Of a stretch of DNA of 64,000 nt, positions 25,719-38,913 are shown in pieces. This DNA is from Podospora anserina (Eukaryota): contig CM030332.1 in the NCBI GenBank assembly GCA_017654855.1, forward strand, positions 3,472,001 to 3,536,000, written 5' to 3'. The notes below the pieces were generated by a model. It was not told where the DNA came from. It ran no database searches and saw nothing but the letters and a program-made list of their open reading frames with translations. Numbering within the stretch: the first letter of the stretch is position 1; every line of letters starts with the position of its first letter. A program made the position numbers and the translations under genes.

Positions 25719-27031
25719 GGTGGTATACATAAGATGAGTTTGGAATCGATTTGCAACGCAAGAGTGCAACGGCGGATTCGACTAGAGAATCGGCACTTGG
25801 GGGGGTCCAATCTTCATGCTTGGCTTGGCCTGACCTGGATTGGCTCTAGGGGGAGAGTCGCAATTAACTGGGAAATGTCGAGGGGACTGGAAGTGACAGC
25901 GAGGAAAGGTCATGAGAAAAAGGAGCATCACAAATTGGCGAATTGGCGCCCGGCTGCTTTGGGACATCCCTTCCGCTGTACTGTGCTGTGGGGCCCCCTT
26001 CCATGCCAACCGTTCGCCTACAGGACCGGGATCCCTGGCACAACTCACCTCGGGCGCCCCCAATCACGGTCCAGAAGCAGGCAAGAGCGTTTTGTTCCTT
26101 GCAGCTCAGGTGGTGCACGTCCCCCCCCCCCGATGCTCCCCAATCGCGGCGCCAATGCCGCCCCATTATCTTCTTATCCCCCGTGTACCCTGCGCAGCCG
26201 AGATGCAGGTACGGTTTGTGTCGCTGCAGAATATTCAATAAAAGGGAACTGATGTAGAAAGAACAAGGAGAAGCCTTCCCATCACCTATTGGCTTTTCCC
26301 TAAACTCAGGGGACATCCCGTCGAGTAAGGCCAGCAGTTCGTGATGAATCCAGCCAACCAATGAAGCAAACAGGGAATATCAAATCCAAATCTCCACACG
26401 GTGCATTGACGAATGAGACATGAACTCGCGATTGCCTCAAGGCTGGTGCTTCCTTCCTTTCTTCCCAGGTCCTTCCTTCCTTTCTTCCCAGCTCCTTCCT
26501 TCCTAACCGCCGCCAGCCCATCAGCCTGCCACGTCCTGCCTATGATCCCATTCTTTTCTTCGGGCGCTTCGGAACAATTCTTCGTGGGTATTCAAGAGAA
26601 TGCCGTCAACATCTGCATCTTATACCCCCAATCACCAGCGTCACGCTGAATGTGAATCTGCAATTTCGCGTCTGCGGAGCCAAAGACCTTCCCCCTTGGC
26701 CCTAAACACAGACCAGATCAGACCCTTCCTTTGCGGGGAAAAAACGGCCGACCACTCAGCCCGCTTGGCCTCATCGATGCACGACATCACCTACCTATGC
26801 CGTGCCTTGCATCGCACCATCATGGCGCCGGTGATACTCTGTCGGAGAAGAAATATTTGTCTCCTCTCGTCCCAATGCCGGTTCAAACCTGCGGTGTTCG
26901 GTTCAACGGGCGGTAATGCAAAGACTCGGAGAAACAGGCGGACGGACACCGATGTGTGTGTGTGTGTGCTGTGTGCGACAGAATGACAACATCAAGAATT
27001 CCACTGCAACTGCAACTGCAGCTGCAACTGC

Positions 27032-27171
27032 AAAAAGAAAAAAAGAAAAAAAAGAGAAAAAAAGAGAAAAAAAAGGGAGAAAAAGGAGAGAAAAAAAGAG
27101 AAAAAAAAAGAAGAAAAAAAAGAAGAAAAAAAAGAAGAAAAAAAGAAGAAAAAAAAGAAGAAAAGAAAAAA
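27032..27171. repeat. Polypurine (A-rich, GAAAAAA-type) low-complexity tract
   Basis: About 140 nt made only of A and G. Confidence 0.9.
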
Positions 27172-27758
27172 CTTTCGGGCCTCTGACAATGGCCTGAACG
27201 GGGACGGACCCAGCCGCTCGGCCACGTTGCTGAAGAAGAACCTCTGGAGGCGAGGGCGGGTAAACAAGTTTGATCGTCGAAACGTTGTTTTCTTTGGATG
27301 TGGTTTGGAACTTCCGACCCACACAGCTATCAAAGCTCGGTGTGTACAAGAGCTTGTTACATCCAGATGATTACGGAGTTTTTGTTATTGTCTCTGGTTT
27401 TTGTGTCACTGCCACAGAGCCGCAGGTTTGACTCAGAATCGGACGAGAAAACTGCTTTCTGCATGCCGGTGTTTGGGGACAGTAGGAAGAAAAGATGACA
27501 TCAAAACACAAAATAAATAGAGAGCAGGTATGTAAAATCCCAGAGAGTCGCCAAATACCCAATTTCCCATCCATGTATGTATATACCCAATCCTTCTAAC
27601 CATAACCCAACCCCCTCCAGCAGCTGTGAGCGCGAATGCCTCTTATATATGTGTCGTCATCCGTAGAATGCGAAACTCCAAGGCCCAGACAAAGGAAAAG
27701 AAAGATCGTGGTGTAAAGCTCATGAAGTCGTAAGCAGGCATCTCCCTCAGCATCTCAA

Positions 27759-29507
27759 CTAAACATGAAAGCCCAACCCCCTTGCTCGTCTCGCCGCCTC
27801 CGCTCCAGTACCTCTCATCCTCGGCCTCGCTCCGGCCATCCCCGGCGCCCACGGAGGAGGAGTTCCCCTCACCAACCCCGGATTTGCCCCCGTCATCATG
27901 GGCGGGTCTCTGTCTCCGGGTTCCGGTGCAGGCGCGGGTGGCTCCTCCGGGGCAGCGGGTGCGGGAGCAACTGGTGCTTCAGGCTGCCTGTTACGTCTCT
28001 GAAGATGAGGAAAGAGCCACGCTGCTCCAGGCATGCCAGGCACACCCTGTGGAGCAACACCTGGGATATCGGCAGGAATGACCGGCCGGTGAAAGAACGG
28101 ACGATGTGGAAGTCGCTGCCCGGTTGGATCTCGAAGGGTGCCATCATCATTGAAGAGCTCGGCGCCGGGGAGAGGGCCTTCGGTGCAGCCTTCGTTGTGA
28201 CGGCAGAGGAGAAGACCGGTGCCCTGGGCGTGAAAGTAAGAGGCGGTGCAGACATAGCACCATTCGTGACCGCAGTGGCCTGGGGGGGGGAAAAAATACC
28301 AGTCAGTTTCTATTATTCTCGTGGCTGAAGAGAGAAGAGAACCTACAGGTTATGTGATTACACCCAGCCGTTTTGCTTACTCTCCTCCCGCATTTGGGGC
28401 AATCCTTGGTCATCCCGGCCACTTCCCTTTCCGAGGCTTCCTCCTGTTCTTTTTTATCTTTTTGTCTCCTTCGGTATTGCTTGCATGTTTCCTCGGGATG
28501 GGAGACGTTGTGCTTGATACAGTGGCTGCCCTTGCACTTCCTGCAGTTAAAGGTAGGACACGCCTCCTGATCCCCAACCACACAACCATACTCACAGCCC
28601 ACAGTGACGCACTGGACATACCCCTTCGTCTGCTCCAGTGCATCCCTCAGCAACCACCGGTCATACCGCTCAAAAACCTCTCTTGTCGCGTACCGCTTGA
28701 CATCGTGATGTCCCAGGACAGCTGAGCAGTCCGTGTCTGGACACTTCAGCCTCTTCCACCTCCCCGCCTCCATACTCTCCACCAACCACCGGCCCAAACA
28801 CTCCTCGCAAAGCGGCGGCTTATGCCCTTTACACCCCCCAGCAACAACCCTAACCGGGAAATCCGTCACCCTCCTCCCCTCAACACAAACATCGCAGCTC
28901 TCCGTCTCCCTCAACAACCACCCCTCCTCCCCAGCAAAAACTTCTGCTTCTTCCACCCCCCCAAACTCAACCTCGTAAACCCCACCCCAAACCACCCCTT
29001 CGGTCTCCCCCACCCTCCTCCCATCAAACCTCACCCTCAACCCCCCCGATCCCAACAACCCCTTCCTCGACAACCGACTCCTCCCCCTCCCCTCAGTGAC
29101 GTTAACCAACCCCCCCGTCACAAAATTTGCTTTCAAATCCCTCACAGTCCACTTCCCCTCCCCACTCCCCGGATGAACAACATACCTCCTTCCCGCCCTC
29201 TCATTCCCCCACCCCTTCAGCCTCACCTCCACCCAACCCTCCCTGTGCCGGACATGAACCGCCAGATACCTCGTCAGCCACCTCTTCCCCAACTCCCGCA
29301 ACACCCACCCCTCCCCCTGGAGGAACCCGTGAAACATCCCATCGTCGGCGTACAGCCTTATCCTTCTTGGCTCTTTAATCCCAAGGTAACCCGCTATTTG
29401 TCTCCTCACCTCCCCCACTGTTGCGCCGTCCTCTTCAATGAGTTTGTTGAGTTCCATCTTTTGGGTGTTGTTGATGCAAATGGAAAACTCCCATTTTGTT
29501 GTTGGGG

Positions 29508-29540
<33 letters not shown>

Positions 29541-30258
29541 CATCCACGAGTCGGTACCAAACCGTCACCCGTGACGACCTGCCACGTGAAGACGGGATTT
29601 GGGCGCCGGTTTCTAGTTGTTTTCCCGAGGAGGTGAATAATTTGACCACGGCTTGTTTCTCAGACTTGAGTTCGTCTCGGATGAACCGCTCTACTCGGTC
29701 GACTGCCAACCCACCGGAAGAAGACCGGAACTGGAAGGAGAGCTTGAGGAAGGAGGGGTTGGAGTCGAGGAGGGGTTTGAGGTCTAGGGTTAGACGGGTT
29801 TTGGCTGGTTTGGTGGAGGTGGAGATTCTTGAGCCGGCTTTGGAGAGGGAGCGTTTCTTTCCTGGGGGGGTGCCGATGTTGCTGGAGGGGGATTTTTTGT
29901 GCTTGGGTTTGGGGGGGCGGGGGCGGAAGAAGGGGTTGCGGTGGCGAGGAGAGGGCTTTTTGTTGAGGGGGATGTCGTAGACGTGGTCTGTGGAGGGGTT
30001 GGGGTTGGGGGGGTATTTATGTTTTGGTTTGGAAGATGGGTGGTGGTTGTGGGAGGATGATGATGGTGGGGGGGAGGGGTCTTGATGGTGGGAGCGGCGA
30101 GATCGGTGATGGTGGTGTGAGGAGGAGGAAGGTTGTTGTTGTTGTTGTTGTTGTTGTTGATGGGGGCGGAAGAAGCGAGATAAAAAGCCGGCGGGGGTTG
30201 AGTTGCTTCTGCTTCTGCCGCCGCGGAGCTCGAGGGGGGGGTTTTGCTCTTCGGGCAT
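27759..30258 (-). CDS. RBR (RING-IBR-RING) E3 ubiquitin ligase with low-complexity N-terminus
   Basis: RING1 CDVC..CKGH..CEEC..CPDTDC; IBR C..GC..CRKC..CIKH..H..C; RING2 TKDCPKC..KTAGCNHITC, completed after intron 28280-28346 by HCGHEWCYVC. Confidence 0.88.
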
Positions 30259-31074
30259 TTTTGGAGGGTTGGGTGATGAATAAGTGTGAGAGAAGATGTA
30301 TAAGTGGGAATGAGAAGTGGAGTGGTTGGTAAAAAGGTGATGAAAAAAGAAGGTAAAAATGATGTGGTTGATGAAAAGTGATTGTTGTGAACAGCCGCTC
30401 TTCAGAAGAGCTGCTGTCAAAAGTTGGCGGTGGTGGTGTGAGTGATAATGATAATGATGGTGGTGGTGGCAAGGCTGTGAGTGGCCATCATGAAGAACAG
30501 TACCCAGGCAGCCGTGTCATTTCCTAGCAACGAGATGTCAATATTTGTATGGGAGAAACACAAGCTGCATAATCAAGCGTCAAGCCGTCAAGCCACGAGG
30601 ACGGGGAGGGAGGGGGGGACAAGACATACATACAGTATTTGATTTTTCTTCACGAAGAAAGATGGATGCCTTACCTTTTGAAAGCCCCAGATTGGGAATT
30701 GTTCGGATGGTGGAGAGCAAGGCTCGGTGGCATCCGATCCAATAGACGGTGAACACTGCAGACCACTGCAGCGGTGTCGTTTGTCAGCAGCCAATCAACC
30801 GAGAAGGGCTGCAGGAAAGGTGTGTTGTCAAGAGGACCAAGTACCTGGCTAGTCTGTTAGTATGGAGTCTCTCGGCCATCCATCCTCAGAGTGACACACA
30901 ACACAAGTATCCACATCCACATCAAAGAAGCCGTTCCAGTTGTATAAAAATCTACAGCGAAAAAAAAAAAAAACAATACACAGATACAACACAAAACTCC
31001 CCTGGGAACCCCCCCGTCAGCTCACATCCGATGCCCTCTACCCTTCCGCTGCCACCTCAGCGGTCGTCCCAATC

Positions 31075-32430
31075 ATCGCGCATGTAGTCGGGTTTGACCT
31101 GGAACCTCGTGGAAATTCCACCACGAAAGACCACTTCCGAGTAGGACCTCGTCTATAGTATCGTTAACCCACCGCGGGTCGTCTTGGACTTCCCTGGCAG
31201 GGTCATCATACTCCCTATCCACAAATATCAGCTACCCCCCCGGCCTCACCGCCGTCACAAACATCCTCCACCAGTTTATGATCCGAGTTGAAAAAGCTTC
31301 CTCAAGCCACAGGCATTGTAGCCCTGCGGGCCGACGTAGCTCTTCAGACCTGCAATCACCAGCCTCCTCAGCTTCTTCCCCCTCATCGCCTTTGCAATCT
31401 TGGCCACAAAATGCATATCGAGGTAACCCCACGTCTCTTCCACATCTTCTATCGGGTCGCTCGGGTGGTTGGTCGGCGCAAACAGGCCTCTCCAGTCCAG
31501 ATAGACGTCCTCCAGGTTCTGCATGTCGTCCCACTCAATCTTGGACTGATTCGCCTTCTCCTTGGCGATCCACAATGCTAGTTCCCTTATGCGGTTGTTG
31601 AAAAGGGTCTTGTGGTCGGGGTTGTCTAGATACCACCTGGAAGCTTTCACATCGTTGAGCCAGTGAAGCCCAAACAAATCCCCCAGTCCCTTCGCGTCCC
31701 AGTGCAGATTTGTTGTTGATCATCAGCCGCCGGATTCGCCTGTACATGTACGCCCGGTACACCGATTTATCCCAATCCCGATATGTGTCTCCTCCCGGCC
31801 ACCGGGTCGGCTTGAGGGGATCAGCCTCCTTCTCCTAAACGGGCTCACCCACCCGTCAAAAGACTGCTCCAACTCCCCCTTGTCCCTCAAATTCGCCGGC
31901 CTCACCCACTCCACCGCCGCCGCATCCCTCCCCTCCCCAAACGGCACCACCAACCTCGGATCCTCCGCAAACCACAACCCCATTATATGATCCCCCCTCC
32001 CCATGATCCCACCCCGCCCTCAGCAACCTCCCCGACCCCCTAGCCACAGGACAATCCTTCTCCCCGTCGTACTTGTCATGCTCATAGTCAGTCGCCACCC
32101 TCCTCATCTCAGTATGCTCCGGCACAACGTAAGCATCCACCCTCTTCACCCTCAACTGCTCCTGCACCACCCGATCCTCCCCCGGCGAGCAAATCTCAAC
32201 CCGCGCGCGGAGGCGATCAAGCAGGCACTTATCCATCTTCATCGTCTCGTTCGCAATCTGAAAACTCAACTCGGGCGGCAGCGTCCGTCTCATCCCGTCA
32301 AAGCCGGTTTGGTCGAGCGCATGGATGCGCGCGATCCAGTCGGGGACCTTGTCATGGTAATAAGCCTGCCCGGGGTCGCGCGCGGGGAGGAGGGGCGGCC
32401 GCCAGGGTCGGTATATTCTAAACATGCGGC
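31075..32430 (-). pseudogene. Disrupted hypothetical gene (at least 4 frameshifts and 1 in-frame TAG)
   Basis: Protein-like segments continue across several frames without splice signals: MFRIYRPW.. / ..HIMGLWFAEDP.. / ..YMYRRIRRLMIN.. / ..NLEDVYLDWR..LRRLVIAGLKS.. / ..INWWRMFVTAVRPGG*LIFVD. Confidence 0.6.
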
Positions 32431-32972
32431 CATCCCTGGGATCCAAGCCTAGGGTCACGTTTGGGTCGAGCGGTTGCTCGCGAGGTAGAGAGCGTACCCG
32501 AACAAGTTCCGATCGTTGCAATCTATGACGGGGAACGACATGGCGTAAGTAAGGAGAACTCACGTATAAAATGTCGATAAATGATATCGGTGTGGAAATC
32601 CCTTCCAGGCAATAAAACAAAAGTGGTTTGCTTGAGTCTGGGATGGTGGTGGTGAACGGCAAGCGTTCCCAAGCTTCCTGAGGGTTGTGGAAAATGGGCG
32701 GTTGTAGGCTGATATGTGATCCCCCTTTCCGGTCACCAGTGGCAACAAAGATCCCCCTCCCCCCTTTCATAGACCAGTCTCTTGTCAAATCCTCTCTACC
32801 CACAACCCACCAACAAAGCCCGCCTCTACTTTCACATCCCAGTTCGGTCGACTACTCCTTTGAACCATGGTGCACATATCGACAACAACATGGGTCCAGA
32901 TAATCGCGCGCTTTGCCCGCGGGGCCTAAAAATCAAATGGATATATTTCTCCCTTTCATGTGCTCGCTCTCT

Positions 32973-33090
<118 letters not shown>

Positions 33091-33369
33091 GGTTACATAT
33101 CATCAGCCGGATCATTCGTCTTCTTCTCATGCAACATTAAGGTCCCTATAGGCCGGCTGATGCAAAATCAAAACAAAGCCTTTCTTCTGTCCAGAGGAAG
33201 AGAAAATCAATACAAGAACCACAAAAGATTACACGATCGACCGCCGCCACACTCTTGACACATAGACCAAGGGTATTGACTCTCATTACGCGGTATTATT
33301 CACCACCATAAGCTGCCGCTCAGCACTACCCGTCTCCTCACCACCGTGTAGCCCGTATTACTATTACGC

Positions 33370-34072
33370 TCAAAGAAGAGCAGCAGCAAAAACACCGGCA
33401 GCAACGGCAGCAATGCCGCTTCCAAAGTTGGTAGGAGCGGCAGCCTGAGAAGTCGACGTGCCGGGAGGGTTAGTCTGAGCGGCGCCCTGGGTGTTGGTGG
33501 GAGAAGTGGTGCTAGCCTCGTCCTCGTCCTCGTCGTTGCTGCCGCCGCCACCGGGGGTGGCGTCATCGGGGTCGAGGGTACCGCAGTGGTCCTTGATGTC
33601 GGTGGTGCACTTCCTCAGCTCGGAAGCGCTGCCACCTTGTCTCTCGGCGGTGCACTGGCTGAAGGCTTCCTCGCAGATGAACTGGGGCAGGTTGGTCAGC
33701 GGCTAGTCAAGCGGGGCTCGTCCTGTCAAAGCAAAAAGACTCACAGTAGGGAGGGTGTTGGCGTAATAGTCAAGACCGGGAGTGGTGCCATTGGAGCAAA
33801 GGCATTCGTAAGTCAGGTCAGAAGGTTCGCAGTCGTTCTTTTGGAGGGAGCCGAAGCAGAGTAGGCCGCAAGAGTTGAACTGGGCAGTGCACCATCCGGC
33901 TGTCGCAGACGGTCAGTTTCATTTCTACTCGGTATGCAACAGTGGGTCAGGTTCAGTACGACATACATCTTGTGGAGGCCTCGACCTTGGTGATGTCGAT
34001 GGTGAAGTTTTGGTTCTGGGAAACAACAGCAGTGACCGCGGAGAGGGCGGCGAGGAGGATAGATTGACGCAT
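33370..34072 (-). CDS. Small secreted Cys-rich, probably GPI-anchored protein (3 exons)
   Basis: Signal peptide MRQSILLAALSAVTAVVS; Cys-rich domain (WC..Q.NSC..LC..NDC..YECLC..FICE..QC..KC..HCG); S/T-rich stalk; hydrophobic C-terminus IAAVAAGVFAAALL. Introns at about 33909-33968 and 33685-33745. Confidence 0.85.
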
Positions 34073-36076
34073 GGCGAAGGTTGGACTTGTTTTTGTTTTG
34101 GTTTGTGTTGTTGTGACGGAGAGGGGGAGAGAGAAGAGAGAGGAAGCTTTCCACAAAATCGAGCGAGATGAATGCGGCGGGCGTCGCAAAGATAAGGCAC
34201 GATCAAGGATGGATCCGGAGGTCGGTGGCAGGGGTACCCGTGGGAGGTGGAAAATGTGCCGTAATGCCACGAGCGCGGGGTTCCTAGTTCCTGTTGTGAT
34301 GGAGTATCCGTTGTGGTATGGGGATAGCTTAATGGACTACCTGGTAATAAAGTGGAAGAGTGAAGAGAAGAGCACGAGAGAGAGAGAGAGAGCAAGATCG
34401 GGAGGAAACAGGCGCCATTTTGAGCAAGGGACGAAACATGGTGTTTGATTGCCCTGTGTTTTGGAGCTCGGCGCTGGAGTCGCCGGGAAGCAACCCTTTG
34501 GGGAAAATCAGAGGCGGGAAGGTGCCAGAGCTTCACGATGGCCGTGGGAAAATTGTGGCTGGTGAGCTCTTGATTGGCCGATCCGGTGTGGAAGCGGCAG
34601 GGAAAAGCCGATTTTGTTGCTTGGCGCTACTGCAGACAGCTCACTGCGCTGACCGTTCCCGTCGTTCCTGGCGCTGGTTGTCCTGGAGCCTGCCAGCTAG
34701 CTCTCTGGCCTGGCACCCACTGACACCTTGAACAGTCATCACAGCTAAGGTAGAGAGACGATCCGGGGAGACGTGCATTGGCTTTGTTGTGCATGTGCCA
34801 CTCAGTGTTTATCGCCGCATTGCATCCAGGTCTCTTCTTTGCACGACATGACATGCTGTACACTACGGAGTATAGCATCTAAAAATTCTCCAAAATGCCG
34901 AGAGGACGCTTTCTTGAAGAATTTGCTGAGACCAAAACGCCGGCGGGCCAGCGCAAATTGAGCCCTCAGCCCGCAATGCCGAATGACGCAGGCTCACAGG
35001 AACTCGCGGGCTCTCCCGCCGGGGGGCGTGGATCAATTGGGTAGGTTGTGTGGTAGAAGGTACCTTGTAACAGACCTTTCAAGATTCATCACCATTTCCC
35101 TGTTTATCGTCTGTTCTTTTTGTTTGTTTCCCCTTCGCTTGAGCGCTTGCATAAAGACACAGAGGGTAACCATCCCTCCCCAGCAACATGAGATGAACTT
35201 CTGACCTTGCGTCTTCCTGGAAGTCTCGGATATTGAAGCTCCAAATTCTTCTCCAGCACAGCGGAGCGGCATGGAGAAGCCCAAGAACCCAAGACCCGAC
35301 CGATCACGCGCGATAAGCATTGAAGACGCTAAAATGGCCCCGCCCTCCACTTTCCTGCTCAGGAATACATGGGCCTTTTCGGCCAATCACAGCCGCGAAT
35401 TGGAACAATGGTCGCTCCAGCATGTCTCTCCACGTCACACTTTCCGTGCGGTGTCAAAGAGAATCAGAGCCACATCTTTAACAAAGAGACGGTGTGGCTA
35501 GCCGTTGCTTGGGATATCAACATTCAACACCAACCTCCCGGTTCATGATGCGTTCTGTCTGTCTGTCTGTTGCGGCCCAACGGATTATCCATACAGCATG
35601 TTTGTTGACTCGCTGTTACTACGGTCCGCTGTAACCATCCTCCTGCTGCCTTCGCATCGGACAACCTGCTCCTCTGAAGGTCGGCTTACATAATGCCACA
35701 AAAATATGCCAAACCCTTATTGGCCGCGGACGCAACGTGCCAGCGACGAGACCTGGGACATAATGAGATGACACAGATCATGATTGGTTTCTCAAAAGTT
35801 CCCTGAAGAGATCAGGTTTTGCTTGTGGGTATTCTCAAAAAAATTGTACATGTTGGAATATTATAGTTCATAGCCTTCTTTGACAATATGTCGTCGGTGA
35901 TGCCGCCTTGCCGAACAAATTCAATCCGAGCTCGGGAGCAGGGAGCCGATCCTTCGCGGTGATGTCCAACGTGCATTTCAGCCCTGGTACCCCTCTGATC
36001 CTGATAAGCCTCCGAAATTTCTGCCCATTTCGCTGTTGTGACACTCTCCACCACACTCTCCAAACCATCTTTCACG

Positions 36077-37601
36077 ATGTTGATATTGGCTCTGGTCGCC
36101 CTTGGCGTTTTCTGGCTTTACCGGTTCAACTCGGCCTTGAGATCTACCCCTGAGGAAGCCCGCAAATTCTCACCCAAGCGCTGGACAAAAGAGCAGGTGA
36201 AGGAAGCCTATGAAAATGTCAAGAAAAACCCCGTCAACTTTCTCAAACATGTGCCCCCCGCTCAAGAGAGAAGATACATAATCGTCGGCGGCTCGGGTAA
36301 GTTCACCAAAAAAAAAAAAAAAACCTCAAAATATCGCACACCAAGGCTAACAGTCTAACCCAGGCCTTGTGGGTGGTGACATCGTCCTCCAGCTCCTCGA
36401 GCGAGGCCAATCCCCCTCCAGCATCCGCATCCTCGACTTCGCCCCCATCACCAGAGACGACATGCTCCCCAAGACCTCCGCCTGCGACTTTGTCCAAACA
36501 GACATCACCTCCATCCCCTCCGTCGAAGCCGCCTTCTCCAAACCCTGGCCCCCCTCCGTCTCCCACCTCCCCCTCACGGTCTTCCACACCGCAGCCGTGA
36601 TCCGCCCCCAAGAACGTCACCCCCTCCTCTACTCCCGCGTCAGCCGCGTCAACCGCGACGGCGCCATCATCGTCCTCAACACAGCCAAAAAGCAGCACCA
36701 CAACTGCGACATCTTCATCGCCACCTCTTCAGGTTCAGTCAGCATAACCCCCACCCGCTTCATCCCAACCTGGCCCTGGCAGTCCCATCCCGCCGGCTAC
36801 TTCCAGCTTTGCAACGAATCCGACTTTGACCTCCCCCTCCGCCCCCACTCCCACTTCTTCGCCAACTACGCCCGCTCCAAAGCCGAAGCCGAGAGGGCAA
36901 TCTGCTCCGCCAACACGGCCAACTTCCGAACCGGCTGCCTCCGCCCGGGAAACGCAATCTACGGCCAAAAGACCGACCCCTTGGTTGGGAACATCCTCCG
37001 GGAGGGGGAGTACATCGCCTTTACTCCCCAGGTGATCCAGTCATTTGTCTACTCCCGCAACGTCTCGTTGGCGCACCTCCAGTTCGAAGCCGCGCTCCTG
37101 CCATCTCCCTCTGGTACCGCCCCCCCGGCGTGTGCAGGGAGACCGTTCGTCATAACAGACGCCGGACCACCCATCACCTTCCGTGACATGGCCCTAGCAT
37201 GCGAGACGCTCTCCGATGCCAAGTTCGCTTACTCTGAGGCTTCGCCCCTCATCATCCACGCTATCGCCCACGTTATGGAATTCTGGTCGTTGCTCTTGGC
37301 AAGAGCCCCGTTTTTGACGAGGTGGTTTGGGTGGAAAGAGGCAAAGGGGCCGATCAGTATGCTCCAGCCTGCGGTGTTGAATGTGGGGATTCACTCCGTG
37401 GTGGATGACAGCAAGGCCAGGAGGAGGGTGGAGGAGGGGGGGATAGGGTACACGCCTGTGGCGAGCACACTGGAGGGGATCTCGATGCAGATTTCGGAGT
37501 TTAATGAGGATGTGAGGGCGGGGAGGATCAAGGGGGTGGGGTTGAGGGAGGGAAAAAAGATGGCAATGGTTGCTGAGGAGGCGGGGGCTCTTGCTTCGTA
37601 G
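36077..37601 (+). CDS. 3-beta-hydroxysteroid dehydrogenase/isomerase-family extended SDR with N-terminal membrane anchor
   Basis: MLILALVALGVFWL; Rossmann IVGGSGLVG across intron 36297-36363; VFHTAA, TSS, YARSK (YxxxK), LRPGNAIYG. Confidence 0.88.
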
Positions 37602-38154
37602 GGGGGAGGGTTGTGAGGAGGTGGTTGATATATATATATATATATATCGGAGTGACAACTTGGTCGGGCTACCAATGCCGTGAGTTTTTGGCAACTAGGT
37701 AGGGAGGGTGAAACAGACAGTCTAACAAAAACTTGGCCAACGTCACACGGTTGGAGAAAAAAGTATAAAAGGTGAACAGCCTTACAGAGATTAGCTGTGT
37801 CATATCCAATCTTGCCCTCTCTGTCTGTCTCGCGTGGGAAGCGTAGCACACACAGTCTCCCGACACCACACCTCTGTTCAACTCGAACCCAACCATAGAA
37901 ACAGACGACGAAAAGAAATAAGATGTAATTCAATCCAACTGAGCGCGCCATCCCATCCAAAATGGTGCCTGGTTAATATGTCCCGTGGTATCAAGATAAA
38001 ATGACCCCCTAAACGCCCATCCTTCCATCCAAAGTAACGCCCGAATCAATGCTAAACAATAACTCAACGCAAAACTCAGCGCAAAAATCCAGAAATCGAC
38101 AATACGCCTCGGTAGTCTCAGAACCCCCAAGACCCAAGACTGCGCAACCCAAAC

Positions 38155-38913
38155 TCAAGAAGTAGGAGCCCTCTCCGCCCTAGGCAAAACCCTCCCCTCC
38201 TCATCCCTCGCCTTCCCTTTCCCCTTGGTAACCGTAATCCCGTGTTCCTCCTCCTCCCTCCTCCCCTCCTGCCCAACCAACCTAGGCACCTCATCACTCC
38301 CCCTCAGCATCCTACTCCCCTCCCCATAGTACTCATCCCCACTCTCCTCCCCCTCCAACAAACCCCCCCCACCATCACCTCTATTATGCGTCTCAAAATC
38401 CGGCGCCTCAATCCACTCCCTCGGCACAACACAAGGCAGCGCAACCCCAATACTCGCCGCCCTGTTCAACCACCCCGGCCCCGGCCTCCCCGTCAACTTC
38501 TCGCACAGATAACTCGTGAAATGGTTGCAATTCTTGGTCAGCAAATTATACGACGTGCCCAAAAACTCCTCCGACGCCCTCCGGATGATGGAGTCAATCT
38601 CGGCTTCGGTGGCCAGGGTGAAACCGTGGAGGATCTCGGTGCGAAAGGTTCCCCCGGGGGGCAGAGTGAGGGGTTTGGTCCAGTAGACGCCTGTGAGGCC
38701 GGGGCGGTCGTGACCGCCGTAGGCGTATTCTTTGTTGTTGAGGACGACGCCTGAGTGGAGGAGGGAGGTTCCCAGGGCCCAGAGGGTGTTGGAGAGTTTT
38801 CCCGGGGGTAAGAGGTCGTAGACGTGGATGGTGATTTCGGTTTTTTGGAGGGAGAGGGTGGAGCGGTGGGAGGGGCGGGAGGGGCGGGCTGGGGGGCGGG
38901 TTGAGGATGGCAT
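38155..38913 (-). CDS. PPPDE/DeSI peptidase (deubiquitinase/deSUMOylase)
   Basis: IHVYDL, LLHSGV..EYAYGGH, YNLLTKNCNHF, PGWLNRAA. Confidence 0.92.
   Translation of the reverse strand: MPSSTRPPARPSRPSHRSTLSLQKTEITIHVYDLLPPGKLSNTLWALGTSLLHSGVVLNNKEYAYGGHDRPGLTGVYWTKPLTLPPGGTFRTEILHGFTLATEAEIDSIIRRASEEFLGTSYNLLTKNCNHFTSYLCEKLTGRPGPGWLNRAASIGVALPCVVPREWIEAPDFETHNRGDGGGGLLEGEESGDEYYGEGSRMLRGSDEVPRLVGQEGRREEEEHGITVTKGKGKARDEEGRVLPRAERAPTS

Noticed and set aside
26903..27349. Poly-Lys / poly-Phe ORFs
   Set aside because: Artefacts of the polypurine tract.
31232..31234. TAG in RPGG*LIFVD as an A-to-I restorable premature stop
   Set aside because: The same gene has several upstream frameshifts, so editing alone could not restore it.
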